DNA of 64,000 bases. Source: Salpingoeca rosetta (taxonomy: Eukaryota > Protista > Choanoflagellata). Under the pieces are notes generated by a model. That model was not told the origin of the DNA, searched no databases, and saw only the letters and a program-made list of their open reading frames with translations. The translations under genes were made by a program, and so were the position numbers. The stretch covers positions 980,700 through 1,044,699 of the forward strand of contig JAWQFM010000002.1 in the NCBI GenBank assembly GCA_033442325.1, given 5' to 3'. This document shows, piece by piece, positions 27,062-38,877 of this stretch (position 1 is its first letter; each line of letters opens with the position of its first letter).

Positions 27062-30000
27062 TCAAACAACAGACATCTCCGATTGCGTGTTCAGCTCGGC
27101 CAGCGTGACGTATGTGTGTTCTTCTTCGCACCGCTGCCGTTGTTTGGCTGGCGTTGTGGTGTCGCAGGTGGGCGATGTGGTGTTGTTGTTGAACATGCTG
27201 GTGTTGTTGTTGCCAAGTGCCTGCGGGGACGGCAAGGGAGTTGGGGAGCCGACACCGTCAAACACAAACGACTGCGCGGATCGCACCATACTGTCGCTCA
27301 GCTGTTGGTTCAGGGCCGGCGAAAGCGGAGATGGTGTGCTGCTGCCCCTGTTACGACGGAACGCCTCGTCGTTCTCACGCAGTGGAGACCCTTGTCGGCT
27401 CATGGGGGCAGACACCGTCACGCCCTCAAGCTCCCGCTGCTGCTCCTGCCGGTTGAACACCCGTCGCGCGTTGTCGTAGATGTGCGCGTTGGCGTGCGAG
27501 CCAATTGGCTGGAGATGCAGGGGCCGTGGTGGCGGCGGTGGTGGGACGTCGCCCCTGCGCTGCTCATAGAGGTGCTGCTGCGGCGACGTGGGTGACGATG
27601 GTGATGGCTGGCCGTGGTACACTTCAAAGTGGTGACGGATCATGCCCTCGCAGTCGCTCACACTCGACATGCGCGAGCGGCCATACACAGATGGGCTACG
27701 GCTCGGCAAGCGGCTTCCGTTGTTGCTCACTGCCGGCAGTGTCTCTGCCGCATACGTGGTGCAGTCGTCATCGTCGTCGTTGCCATCCCAGTTCAGGACC
27801 AGCCGTGAGCTGCTGGCCACAGATGGCAGCTGCTGCGGTGACAGCTGCTGCGATGACCCGCGGTGCTTGTCTCCGTGCACGCGCCAAGACTTGAAGCGCT
27901 CCCGTGCAATGGGGTCGTCCACAGATGCGCGCTCAAGGCCCACTGGCACACCCGTGCTGGAGGCGGCGTCGAAGCTGAGTCTGTCGCGGGAGCGGGAGGG
28001 GGGTCGGTCTGCGCTCGCATATGCGCCGCAGCCGACGGTGGCATCGGGGCGCGCAACGACCCCTGGCGGGGACTGCGTGGCCACAATGCCTGGTGGCGTG
28101 TTGTGCGGGCTGCCGGTGCAGTTGTGCAGCTCCTCGTAGATGTGCTCCTGTCCATGTCCGTGTCCCCCTTGTGACATCATGGCTGCCGTGGACGATGCAG
28201 AGGCGTAGCTGGACAGGGTGTAGCCCCGACGCCGGCGGCGACTGGGCCCATCTGAGCAGCGGAGGGACGACTTGCGCGGCGTGGGCGGGCTGGAGCTGCG
28301 GGTGAGATCCATGAGCGAGCCGCTGCGGCTGTGCGAGGAGAAGTGGTGGACGGTGCCCCGGAGAGACGCCGATCGGCGGTCGCCGCGGGAAAAGGAGGAA
28401 TGGCGCGGGAAGTGGGAGTGCGGCTGCGTGCCGTAGGGCTGGTGGACGTGGTGGTGATCTGGCAGGTTGACGATGCTGGAGCGGGCGGAAGAGCACACGG
28501 ACGAGCGAGCGCTGCCAAATGCAGAGTACTCCGAAGCGCACATGTTGACGCTTGCCTTTGGTGACCTGCGTGCGGCTGACGCACTTGGCGCGTCCATGTC
28601 GTTGATCGTCATCATCTCCGTGGACGCATATGGGGAAGCGATGCCGCTGGTGCACCTGCTTTGACGCGGCCCTTTGCTAGTCCTACCGCCCTGAACATCC
28701 ATCTGCTGCTCGCGCGCGAGAGGCGATGACGGTGACGTCTCTGCCTGCGGAGACGCGCTGCTGCTGGTGACGCGGCGGCGCTGCGGCGTTGGCGACGCAG
28801 GTACACTGATGCTGGTGGCAGCAGCTGTTGCTGTGCTGGCGGCGGCGGTGGTGGTGTTATCGTTGCAGCTCGTGGGCGTTGCTGGCTTGACAACGATGCA
28901 TGGGCTCTCCCGTGCGGAATTGCCGTTGGCGGAGGTGATGGCTCCCTCTTCTTCCTCTTCGCCGTGACGCACCTGCTCGTCGTCGTCGTCGTCATAGTCG
29001 TCATCGTCCACCACAGCATCAACAACGGTCAGATACTGCAGTTGGTGCTGCTGCTGCTGCTGCTGTTGCTGTTGGTGCATGTTCGCGGCTGCTGCTGCTG
29101 GCTGTTGCTGCTGTGGCGCTGGGCCGGCGGTGGAGGCTGTGCGCCAGAGGGTGGCGGTGTTGAGGAATTGGCTGCCGGCGCGGCTGCTTGCTCTGCTGCT
29201 GGTGGCAGGGCTCGCTGGGCGCACAAGCAAGGGCTGGTCGCACTCTGCCAACAGCTGCTCCAGCATCTGGATCTGGGACCAGTAGCGCAGAAGGTTTTGC
29301 AGGGTCTCGAGGAACTGGAAGCTGTCGCAGAGCTCAAAGACCCAGCGGGCGTGGTGCAGGGGTTTGAGCTGGTTGTCCAGGGTGAAGGTCAGCTGCCTGC
29401 CCGTGATGGCGACATCTTCCAGCTGGTCGATGGGGAAGAAGAGGCAGAAGTCCTCGTGTTCCACGTTGATGTTCGGGTATTGGATGCACAGCTCAATGTC
29501 ACCGAGGATGGTGCCCTCGCAAATCTCTGCAGCGCAGGCGCTCACAGCTGCAGCAGTTGTGGTGTTGGTTTGTTGGTTGGAGACAGGGAGAGGGAGGCAT
29601 TGGTGAGTGAAGGGTGGCCATACTTGTTTGGAGGCAGCGGGGGCATGGGCACCAGGATGTAGCACGGGTCAGGAGAGGTGGCAGATAAGCATACACGCAC
29701 GCACATGCACAGGCACAACATGCATGTGGGCACACAGACACACACACACACACACACACGCACACAAACACACACACACACACACACAGACACACACACA
29801 CACAGACACACACACACACAGACACACACACACGCGCACACACACACACACACACGCGCACACACACACACGTACGCACACACATAGACACACACACACA
29901 CACACATAGACACACACGAGCAAGTTGTGCTCACCGCCAATCTCTGCGATGGCGACCCATTGGCCCCACACCCACAACTGCTTCTTGGAGTTGTCAAATT

Positions 30001-31360
30001 CGGTGGTGCATGCACCCGACTCCGAAGGAAGGATGACACCTGCAATGTGAATAGAGCAAGAAAGCATGGGCGAATGTGAGCAAGCATTGGTGGGCGTGGG
30101 CGCACAGGTGGGTGGTTTTGGGTTTGTGGTGTTGGAGCAATCCTTGCCCACGTGTTTGGTGTGACACAAGAAATGCAGCACCTGCACACGATGACTCACG
30201 CACCGCAGGTGGCGAGGGCGCGGGCAAAGCGCAGGGCAAACGCCTCATCCATGTCCAGCTGTGCCAGAAGCTTGAGCAGCGTCTTGGACGAGAACGAGCT
30301 GTATGTGATGTATGTGTGAACATGTGTGTGTATGTGTGCGCATGTGTATGTTGGTGTGCATGTGGGTGTGCATGTGGGTGTGTAAGCTGAAGGTGAGTAT
30401 CAGAGCGTACATACAACAATGCACAAACTCAGCAGATTCCCGCACAAAGTCAGCGGTAATGACTTGCTAAGTCACTTGCAAGTCAAGGGAAGACTCTTAC
30501 GTTGCCTTGCCCTTTGCGTGTGCTTTGGGCTGGCTGTCGCGCATGAGGTACTTGAGGGTGATGATGATGGCGATGGTGTCTGTGCGCGCGCGGCGGCGCA
30601 GGTTGTGCTGGTTGGCATACTTGGAGGCCTTCTTCTTGTTGACGCGCAGGAACTGGTGCACCAGGCGAGAGGAGAGCCCGTGTGGGCGTGGGCTCTGGGT
30701 CCTGCTGCTGTTGCTGCTGCACTGCTGCGACGCATATGCGCTCTGCTGGTCCACGGGGGAGCTCCGCGAGTGCGCTTGGCGGTGCATCAGCCTGGCGAAA
30801 GAGCCTTGCGGCGCAAGCCTGGACTTGCCACTCATGGTGGAGGTGGAGATGGAGGCTGTCTCGAGGGAGGTGGCGCGTCGTGTGCTGCTGACCTCTTGTG
30901 GGGTGGTGCTGGTAGTTGCTCAGCTGCCTTCCTTCCGCGTTGCCCAGGAAGAGCTAAGCACAAGGATGGCGTGGTGTTGAGATGTGCTGCCCGTGGGAGA
31001 TGTTGGAGAAGAAGAACCTGCACGGCAACGTGACGGGTGGATGTGGTCTGTGCGTGAATATGCTGCCCACAGCAAGCTCGCTCGTGTGTTTTTGTTGTGA
31101 TCTGCTGGGTCTGTCCAAGCGAGGTATGACAATACGCTGCTGAGAACAAGGTCACGGGAGCATGTGCTGGTATGTGCGCGTGCTGGATGGTTGGATGGGG
31201 AAACTGCAAAGACGCAAGGCCAGTGGTATGTGTATGCGTGGATGATATCTGTACCTGTGAAGGGCACTGAGCGGCGGTGCAGTGAGCTGGGGGGTGGCGG
31301 CAGTGGTTGTGTTGGTTGCGGCGAAGGAATAAATGGCATGCTTGGCTTCGTGCTCATCAT
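27062..31360 (-). CDS. Uncharacterised signalling protein: DEP-like domain + PH/PTB-like domain + long disordered Tyr-motif tail
   Basis: Phase-consistent exons 31360-31255, 31017-30501 (in-frame TGA at 30922-30920; alternative ATG 30835), 30298-30204, 30039-29935, 29526-27062. The spliced segment SFSSKTLLKLLAQLDMDEAFALRFARALATCGVILPSESGACTTEFDNSKKQLWVW resembles the DEP pattern. Domain calls are by eye. Confidence 0.7.
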
Positions 31361-31717
31361 GGCATGAAAGGCAGGTAGCGTTGACGAAGCGTTGGCAGTA
31401 GCGAATGGTAGCGAATGGTAGCGAATGGTGCAAGGAGCAGTGGTCGCGTTTGACAAAATCGCGACGGTGCGGCCGCAGCACCGCCTGACGAAAGGGAAGA
31501 CCTGCATCGCGCAATCTTCACACCGAATAATTTTGTTGTTGTTGTGTTTATTGAAGGAGCGCGAGCAGCACGATGGTGTTGCTGTTGGTGTTGTGATATT
31601 GGCACGTGAACAGCACCACCGAGCCGCCACGGTGGTAGGTCTGGCGAATGTGTGGTAGACATCGCGAAGCGCAGATGCACCAGGTAGGACCAGGGAACAC
31701 ACAGCGAGGCTGACCAT

Positions 31718-31868
31718 GAACACGCGAGATTCGACACACAACGAGCGAGGTGGTACACGAACACGCGAGATTCGACACACACAACGAGCGAGGTGGTACA
31801 CGAACACGCGAGATTCGACACACACAACGAGCGAGGTGGTACACGAACACGCGAGATTCGACACACAA
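31718..31868. repeat. 41-43 bp minisatellite, ~3.6 copies (GAACACGCGAGATTCGACACAC(AC)AACGAGCGAGGTGGTACAC)
   Basis: Units start at 31718, 31759, 31802 and 31845, head-to-tail with no spacers. Confidence 0.92.
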
Positions 31869-31986
31869 GCCTAGATGTGACTGCTCTGGCGTGCAGTGCC
31901 ACTGGGAAGTGGCGTGACCAACCAATCAGGAACGCACACTGCCGTCCTGCAGGCCCAAACGTTTGATATCTGTGCACGTTGCACAA

Positions 31987-32383
31987 TCACGATAAATTGC
32001 AAAACGAAGAAACTGCTCTTCGACCTAGCCATGCAAGGGGAAAACAAATGGCGAGTCAGCCCAACAAGTCGCAAATCGCACAGCTCGTCCAATTCGCGAA
32101 TGCTCGTCACATCTCGTCAGACGCATCAGCCAGCAAGTTTCCGTGTGCCACGAACCAGACGCTCGCTCACAGGCAAAGTGAGTCCTTTGCACTCCTCCCC
32201 ACTCCTCCCAGCTCCTCTGCTCACTCACTCATGCACCCGTGCTGGCGACTTTGCTCACCTTTCTGGGAAGCGGCAAGCTGCTTTCCTGGTTGCTGGGCCT
32301 GATGTGGTGATTGTCCTGCCGGCGGCGCAACAACCAGCCGCTTCAACTCATCCACCTGCGCTTGCAGGTCCTGTCAAGAGGAG

Positions 32384-32455
<72 letters not shown>

Positions 32456-33019
32456 TGGTGGNNNNNNNNNNNNNNNNNNNNNNNNNNNNNNNNNNNNNNN
32501 NNNNNNNNNNNNNNNNNNNNNNNNNNNNNNNNNNNNNNNNNNNNNNNNNNNNNNNNNNNNNNNNNNNNNNNNNNNNNNNNNNNNNNNNNNNNNNNNNNNN
32601 NNNNNNNNNNNNNNNNNNNNNNNNNNNNNNNNNNNNNNNNNNNNNNNNNNNNNNNNNNNNNNNNNNNNNNNNNNNNNNNNNNNNNNNNNNNNNNNNNNNN
32701 NNNNNNNNNNNNNNNNNNNNNNNNNNNNNNNNNNNNNNNNNNNNNNNNNNNNNNNNNNNNNNNNNNNNNNNNNNNNNNNNNNNNNNNNNNNNNNNNNNNN
32801 NNNNNNNNNNNNNNNNNNNNNNNNNNNNNNNNNNNNNNNNNNNNNNNNNNNNNNNNNNNNNNNNNNNNNNNNNNNNNNNNNNNNNNNNNNNNNNNNNNNN
32901 NNNNNNNNNNNNNNNNNNNNNNNNNNNNNNNNNNNNNNNNNNNNNNNNNNNNNNNNNNNNNNNNNNNNNNNNNNNNNNNNNNNNNNNNNNNNNNNNNNNN
33001 NNNNNNNNNNNNNNNNNCG

Positions 33020-33097
<78 letters not shown>

Positions 33098-36000
33098 GGG
33101 GGAGAGGTGGATTGCGATGACGCGATGCAGAAAAGGGAATCAAGGGCATGGTAAATGAGGGGGAGCAGCAGCAAGGTGAGGAGGGAAGCACAGCGGCAAT
33201 TGGGTTGGTGATCAATCAATAACGAGCTGCAGTCATGCATTATACACACGCACACACACACGCGCACACACGCACACACACACACACACATGAGCGCGTC
33301 GGACGAACGCAAGCGCACAAGCCACGCATCAGCCAACCAACCAACGAACGAACCTCAATTTGCTTGTCCTTGGCCTTCAGGTCCGCTCTCAGCAGTGACA
33401 TGTTGCGGCTGGAGGGCGTCCGTGAGCCCGGCTTTGTTCCCGTGGTCCCACTCGTGCCGTTGTTTGCACGACTGCAGTGTGCCAAACACAAAAGTCGAGA
33501 CAAGACCGTGAGAATAGACCGTGAGAATAGACCACGTAGGTGGTTAACACAAAACAGCAACATTAAGTGCTCGCAAGGACAAGAGGGTGAGAGGATAGCC
33601 CATGGGACAAGAGAGCACACATGATACACCGTCGCTCGTACATGGGTGATGGCGGGACACTACTTGTGAACGACGATCCAGCAGTTGCAATAGGGTTGGT
33701 GATGCCCTTAGGTGCGGGCGGTGCCGTGAACCTGAAGAAGATGTTCACATGCACACAAGCATTAATCACACATGAGGCACTGCAGCACACACAACAAACC
33801 CGCACGGCAACACACAGCACAAACGAGGGCACAGCTCAAACAAGGCACAGCCCAACAGCAACAGCCAAAACACAATTCCCAAACATCCGGCACCCCCTCT
33901 ACACACACACACACAAACAAACAAACAAACAAACAAACAAACAAACAAACAAACAAACAAACAAGCACACACACACACACACACAAACACACACACGCAC
34001 GCATGCACCACCCGGCATCAAGCACCAGCAGAACACCAGCGACTACGCACGCTGGAGGAGCGGCGACGGTTGTGGACAACGCGGAGGAAGCAGGGGCGCT
34101 GTCATCGCCTATGGCTGGGCGACCCGGCATTTGCAGAGCAGGCGGCACGCGGCGAGTTGCCAACGGCGAACTTGTCGTGTCGTCTGCTTGTTTGTCTGCT
34201 GGCGTCGATGCCGCAGTTTCTGCGGCTGCTGTTGCTGATTTTGTTGTTGTTGCTGCTGGTTGGTCTGGTGGAACAACGGCCGGCTTGCCGCCCTGCTGTG
34301 TCGGCTGTCGCTGCTGCGGCGTGTGCTGCCCATCCTGCTTCGTGTCTGCAGAAGGCGCCTTCTTCTCAGATGCCACAACGCGAGGCACCTGCAAGGGCGC
34401 CTTGGCCTTGTTGCCATCCGCCACAGAGCTCACAGAAGCGCGCGAGCCAACAGACTGCTTGCGTAACGCTGGGACAACACGGCCCTGCTGCTGCTGCTGT
34501 TGTTGCTGTTGTTGTTGCCCCGATGAACGTGTTCGCTTCTGCTGTGCCAGATCTTGACGTTGCTTGCCTTGAGCACCACCTTCATTTGCCGCCAAAACAT
34601 TGGTTGCTTGTGCTGTCGCGTTGGACGCACGACGACTCTGCACACCGCCACCCTCTTTCCCTGCAACCCTCTGTACCCCACCGCCTCCTACGCCCCCACT
34701 TCCTCCTCGCGCACCACCACGGTCCCCGCTGCTGCCATCACCCCCACCGCCCGTGTTGCGTGCGGGGCTGGGTAGTGCAACTGCAGGCGCCTTGAGCGTC
34801 GGGTTCTGCACAAATGATCCTTGCGCCGACTGCCGCGACGGCGCTGCTGCCGTCCCCACAGCTGTTGCCGCCGTCGCTGTGTTCGTCTGCTGTGCGCCTG
34901 TTGCCCCGCCCACGCTTGGGCGAGTCATCTTCTGCAGCACCGTTACGGTGCTGCTGGTGCGCAGCTTGATGCTCTGCGATCGAGAGTTGATGGGTGTGCG
35001 GATGGCAGCCATGGCGCCCTGCCCGACCTTGGGCAGCTGCGTGCTCCTCCTGTCCAGTACTGGGAAGAAAGGCGCTGCGATGGATGGTGGCGTGGATGGC
35101 AGGCTCGGCCGGCGAATGCCAATGGACGCGCGACTCGCCGTGCTCGCCTGTCGCCGCAGCGGTGCCGGTGCTGGTGCTGGCCTCACACCGTGCCCAGCAC
35201 CATGTACACTGGGCGACCTGTTTGGCGGGAGGCGTGTTGGCGGCGGTGGTGGGCGCCGTCTTGATGGTTCTGCAGGCGTGTGTCCTTTCGACTGCAGGCC
35301 GCTCTCCACACGCGCCTTGGACGGTGTTGCTCGGGCGTCCGCCTCCCCACGCTGCTGCTGCTGCTTGCCCTGCTCCTTGGTCTGCGCGCCCGCTGCCTCA
35401 TCAAAGGGGTCCGATGTCAAATCCTCTGCCAGCCACGTCTGCGACGAGGAAACGAGTGCCTCACCCTTCTCGTCCAGCGAAATGTCGTTTGCCACGCCCA
35501 TGCCGGCGTCCCCGCCCTGGCTCATGTTCTGCCGGAACGATTGCGTGCGCATCGTCATCCCCAGCACAGACTCGAGCGGGTCCGACGGAATCTCCATCAG
35601 CACAGCAATGCGGTGTTTGCAGGCGGCGATACCACGCACGATGCTAATCAGATCCATGGACAGTCGCGACGTTGTCGAGTTGCCATCATCATCATCGTCG
35701 CCATCATCGCTGCCACCATCAGCGTTACCACCATCTCCCTCAACGTCTGCAAGCGTCTCTTCATCACTAACACCACCATCACCGTTGGTGGCAGCACGGT
35801 CGCTGTTTTCCACCGGTGCTTGTGCGGCATTTTGCGTTGTCCCGTCCTTCCCAGAACCTGTGTTTTCACCCTGCGCACCAGCCGCATCCCGCGCCGCGCT
35901 GTCCTTTGCCATCTTCTTCTCCTTCTCCTTAGCTTCCATCTCTTTCTTCTCCCTCTCCCTTTTTCTCCTTCGCTTTTTCCTCTTCTTCCTCTTCCCCCGA

Positions 36001-38534
36001 CCACCACCACCACCACCACCACCACCACCACCACCACCATCGTCATCACTACCACCATCACCGTCAAGGTCCCCACCATCCTCGTCAATCGCCTCCATCA
36101 TGTGCTGCTCTTCTTCATCGGACGGCAAGTCGTCCATCCCCGTCAGCCGAATCCAGCTGGGCTGTGTCAGGTCCTCCACCGTTTCGTCCTGGCACTCCTT
36201 GGGCTTGAAGCCCAGGCCCCACGCAAACAGGCGCGTGTAGTCGTCCAGCGACATGACGCCGTGCTTGGTGACGACGTCCTTGCCAATGGCAGAGACCACC
36301 ACAAACCCGTTGCCCACCGCTGCCTGCTTCACCTGGTAGTCGGCCAGCGTGTACTTGACAGACTTTGGCTTCTCCCACGCCTTGAGCGGCTTGCACGTCC
36401 CATTGCCCAGCTCGCCCTGCTTGTTGCTGCCCATGGTGTAGCACTTGCCCGTTTCCGTGACCACGCACGTGTTGCTCTCCCCCAGTGCCACGTGCACGGC
36501 CTTGCCGCGCCCCGTGATGCTGTTGACGAGCGTAAACGCGTCTGCCTGGTCGATGGTTGTGCGGCGAAAAATGCCAAAGGTGGAGTTGATGCCCAGCTTG
36601 TTATTCTTGTTGCAGCCGGCAGCCAGCAGCCGCCCGCCCTCCATGAGGATCATGGAGGCGTTTGGCCCGCAGAACACGCGCCGTGGCTTCATCACCTCCG
36701 GCAGATCCACCTGCCGCGGCACAAGCGACGTCGGCTGCTGCGTGCGCGAGTGCCCGAGCTGCCCGCAGTCGTTTGCGCCCCACGTGTACACGCGCGCATC
36801 ATCCGTGATGGCAGCCATGTGGTGCTCCCCAACGGCCACAGACTTGACCTCCTGCGACAGCAGCTTCTCCACAAGCTTGGGCCGCATGCACGTGCTCGTG
36901 GTGCCGTGGCCAAGCGCCCCCGTGTCGGAGCGCCCGCACGTCAGCAGCATCCCGCTGTGCGTGAGGAACGCGCTGCACTGCCCGCCTGCCGCAATGGCAA
37001 CGGTGCCTCTGTCGCCCAGCGCAGCCACGCGCTCGGGGTGGGCGCGCGGGGTGGTGTCGCCGAGGCCAAGCTCGCCCCACGAGTTCTGGCCCCAGGCGTA
37101 TATCTGGTGCTCCATATCCAGAGCCAGGCAGTGTTCCATGCCGCACACGACCTGGGTCACCTTGCGGGAGCTGCCAAACTGCACGCGGGAGATGGTGGTC
37201 TCGTGCACGTTCCAGTAGAAGACGGAGGACTCCATGGGGTGCGACGGCGTCTGCTGCTCCTTGCTGCCGCTCTCTGCCGTCTCTGCCGTCATGCTTGGCA
37301 GCTGCAAGTTGCGCAGGATGGGGCGGTTGAGGAGGTCTGTGCACGTTGGCCGCCGCGCCGGGTCTGTCTGCAGGATGGTGGCCACCATCTGCTTCAGCTC
37401 GTCGGAGTACGGGCCCTCCATCCCCGCGTATCGCGCGCGCATGATCTTGTGCACCAGCGCGGGCAGGTTGTTGCCCTGGAACGCCTTCTGTCGCTCTGCC
37501 ATCTCGTACAGGATGCAGCCGAGGGACCACACATCGCTCTTCTCGTCGTACGGCAGTCCACGGCACAGCTCGGGGGAGATGTAGTAGGGCGTGCCCACGA
37601 TTGTGTGCGCGTGCTTGTCGTGCGTGCTGACGGCCTTGGAGATGCCAAAGTCACCCAGCTTCACCACGCCCTGCTTGGTGAGGAAGACGTTCTCGACCTT
37701 AAGGTCGCGATGCAGGATGTGCAGGCTGTGCACGTACTCGAGGGCCTGCACCAGCTGCTTGAAGATGCGCAAGATCTCCTCCTCCGGGATGGGCTCCTTG
37801 CTTCTGTGGATCATCTGGTCAAGCGTGCCGCCGTCAGCGTACTCCATCTCAATGTACAGCGTACCGTCCTTCTGGTACTTGTCGTAGAGGCTGATGATGT
37901 TGGGGTGGTCCACAAGCATGCTGAGGAGCTTTGTCTCGTTCATGGCCAGCTCGCGATCGTGCGGCTTCATGTCGTGCAGGTTGATTTCCTTGAGGATGAC
38001 GAGGGCGCTGTCGGTCTTGCGGCGGTACAGCACCGCCTGCCCAAACGCGCCTTTGCCCACCACGCGGATGCGCTCAAACAGGTCGTCGATGTTCTGGTCA
38101 TCGCGGCGACGCCGCTGCTGCCGATCACCGCCCCGCTTGGGCCGTGATGTGCCTGCTTGGGTGGACGACGTGAGCGACGTGGTGGATGAGGACGGCGACG
38201 CTGGGTCGGAGGACAGGGCAGATGATGATGATGTGGCCAGCGCCGCTGCTGCTACCGCCTTGTCCTTCTTATGTTGCTTAGAATCCCTTCGGCGCTGCTG
38301 TTGTTGTTGCTGCTGTGGCTTGGCAGGGGTGGTGCTGGTGAGGCCCGCCTGCTTCTTGTTGGGTGCACGTGTATCTTGGTGGGCCTTGGCTCTGTCTGGC
38401 ACACTCCTGCGGCGAGGCAGCGGCGCCACGGGTGGTGCTGCTGTTGCTGGTGTTGGTGACGGCACGGCTGCATTTGGTTTCGCTGGAGCCCGTGTTGCTG
38501 GCTGATGCGGTTTGGCCCTTGGCGATCGATCCAT
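31987..38534 (-). CDS. NIMA-related kinase NEK8/NEK9-like (kinase + RCC1 repeats + low-complexity region + coiled coil + C-terminal CaaX)
   Basis: Exons 38534-34051, 33731-33630, 33471-33354, 32370-32259, 32024-31987 (TGA), all GT-AG and phase-matched. Kinase motifs [38 protein letters not shown]1 repeats [41 protein letters not shown]. Confidence 0.9.
32462..33017. other. Assembly gap (~556 N) flanked by (TG)n, inside a NEK intron
   Basis: N run. The flanking exons join in phase into a continuous heptad (KAKDKQIE|[12 protein letters not shown]). Confidence 0.97.
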
Positions 38535-38877
38535 GGCCTATCTGTGCGTGGGTGTGTGCGGGTGAGCGAGTAAACATGCGTGTGCGAGTGCGTGCGCGTG
38601 CATGTGAGTGCGTGCATGTGAGTGCGTGTATGTGAGTGCGTGTTTGTGTGTTTGCGTGTGTGAATATGTATGAGTGTGCGTGTGCGTGCGTGCGTGTGTG
38701 TGTGTGTGTGTGTTTGCGTGTTTGCGGGGCTGCCAACACAGGTGGATCACGTCATGCCACAACACCAACGACGGCAGCAAACACAATTCACATTGAACCG
38801 CGTGTGTGTGCGTGTGAGTGAGCGTCTGGCGAACAGCTACAGGAAGCACGAACCCATCGCAGGCAACTGCTAAAAAA

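Noticed and set aside
30920-30922. Selenocysteine codon
   Set aside because: It lies in a disordered Ser/Thr-rich segment with no redox motif, and I could not identify a SECIS.
30832-31209. Separate ORF ending in an ATGA overlap with ATG 30835 (operon-like coupling)
   Set aside because: Its 5' part is intronic and it has no supported start or homology, so it is likely an alternative-frame coincidence.
31718-31868. CRISPR-like array
   Set aside because: Units are contiguous with identical intervening sequence (no unique spacers), there are no cas genes, and the context is eukaryotic.
34600-38147. Long + strand ORFs (546 aa, 955 aa) opposite the NEK gene, and similar antisense ORFs over talin, myosin and MCM2
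   Set aside because: Antisense shadows of GC3-rich coding sequence with no domain signal.
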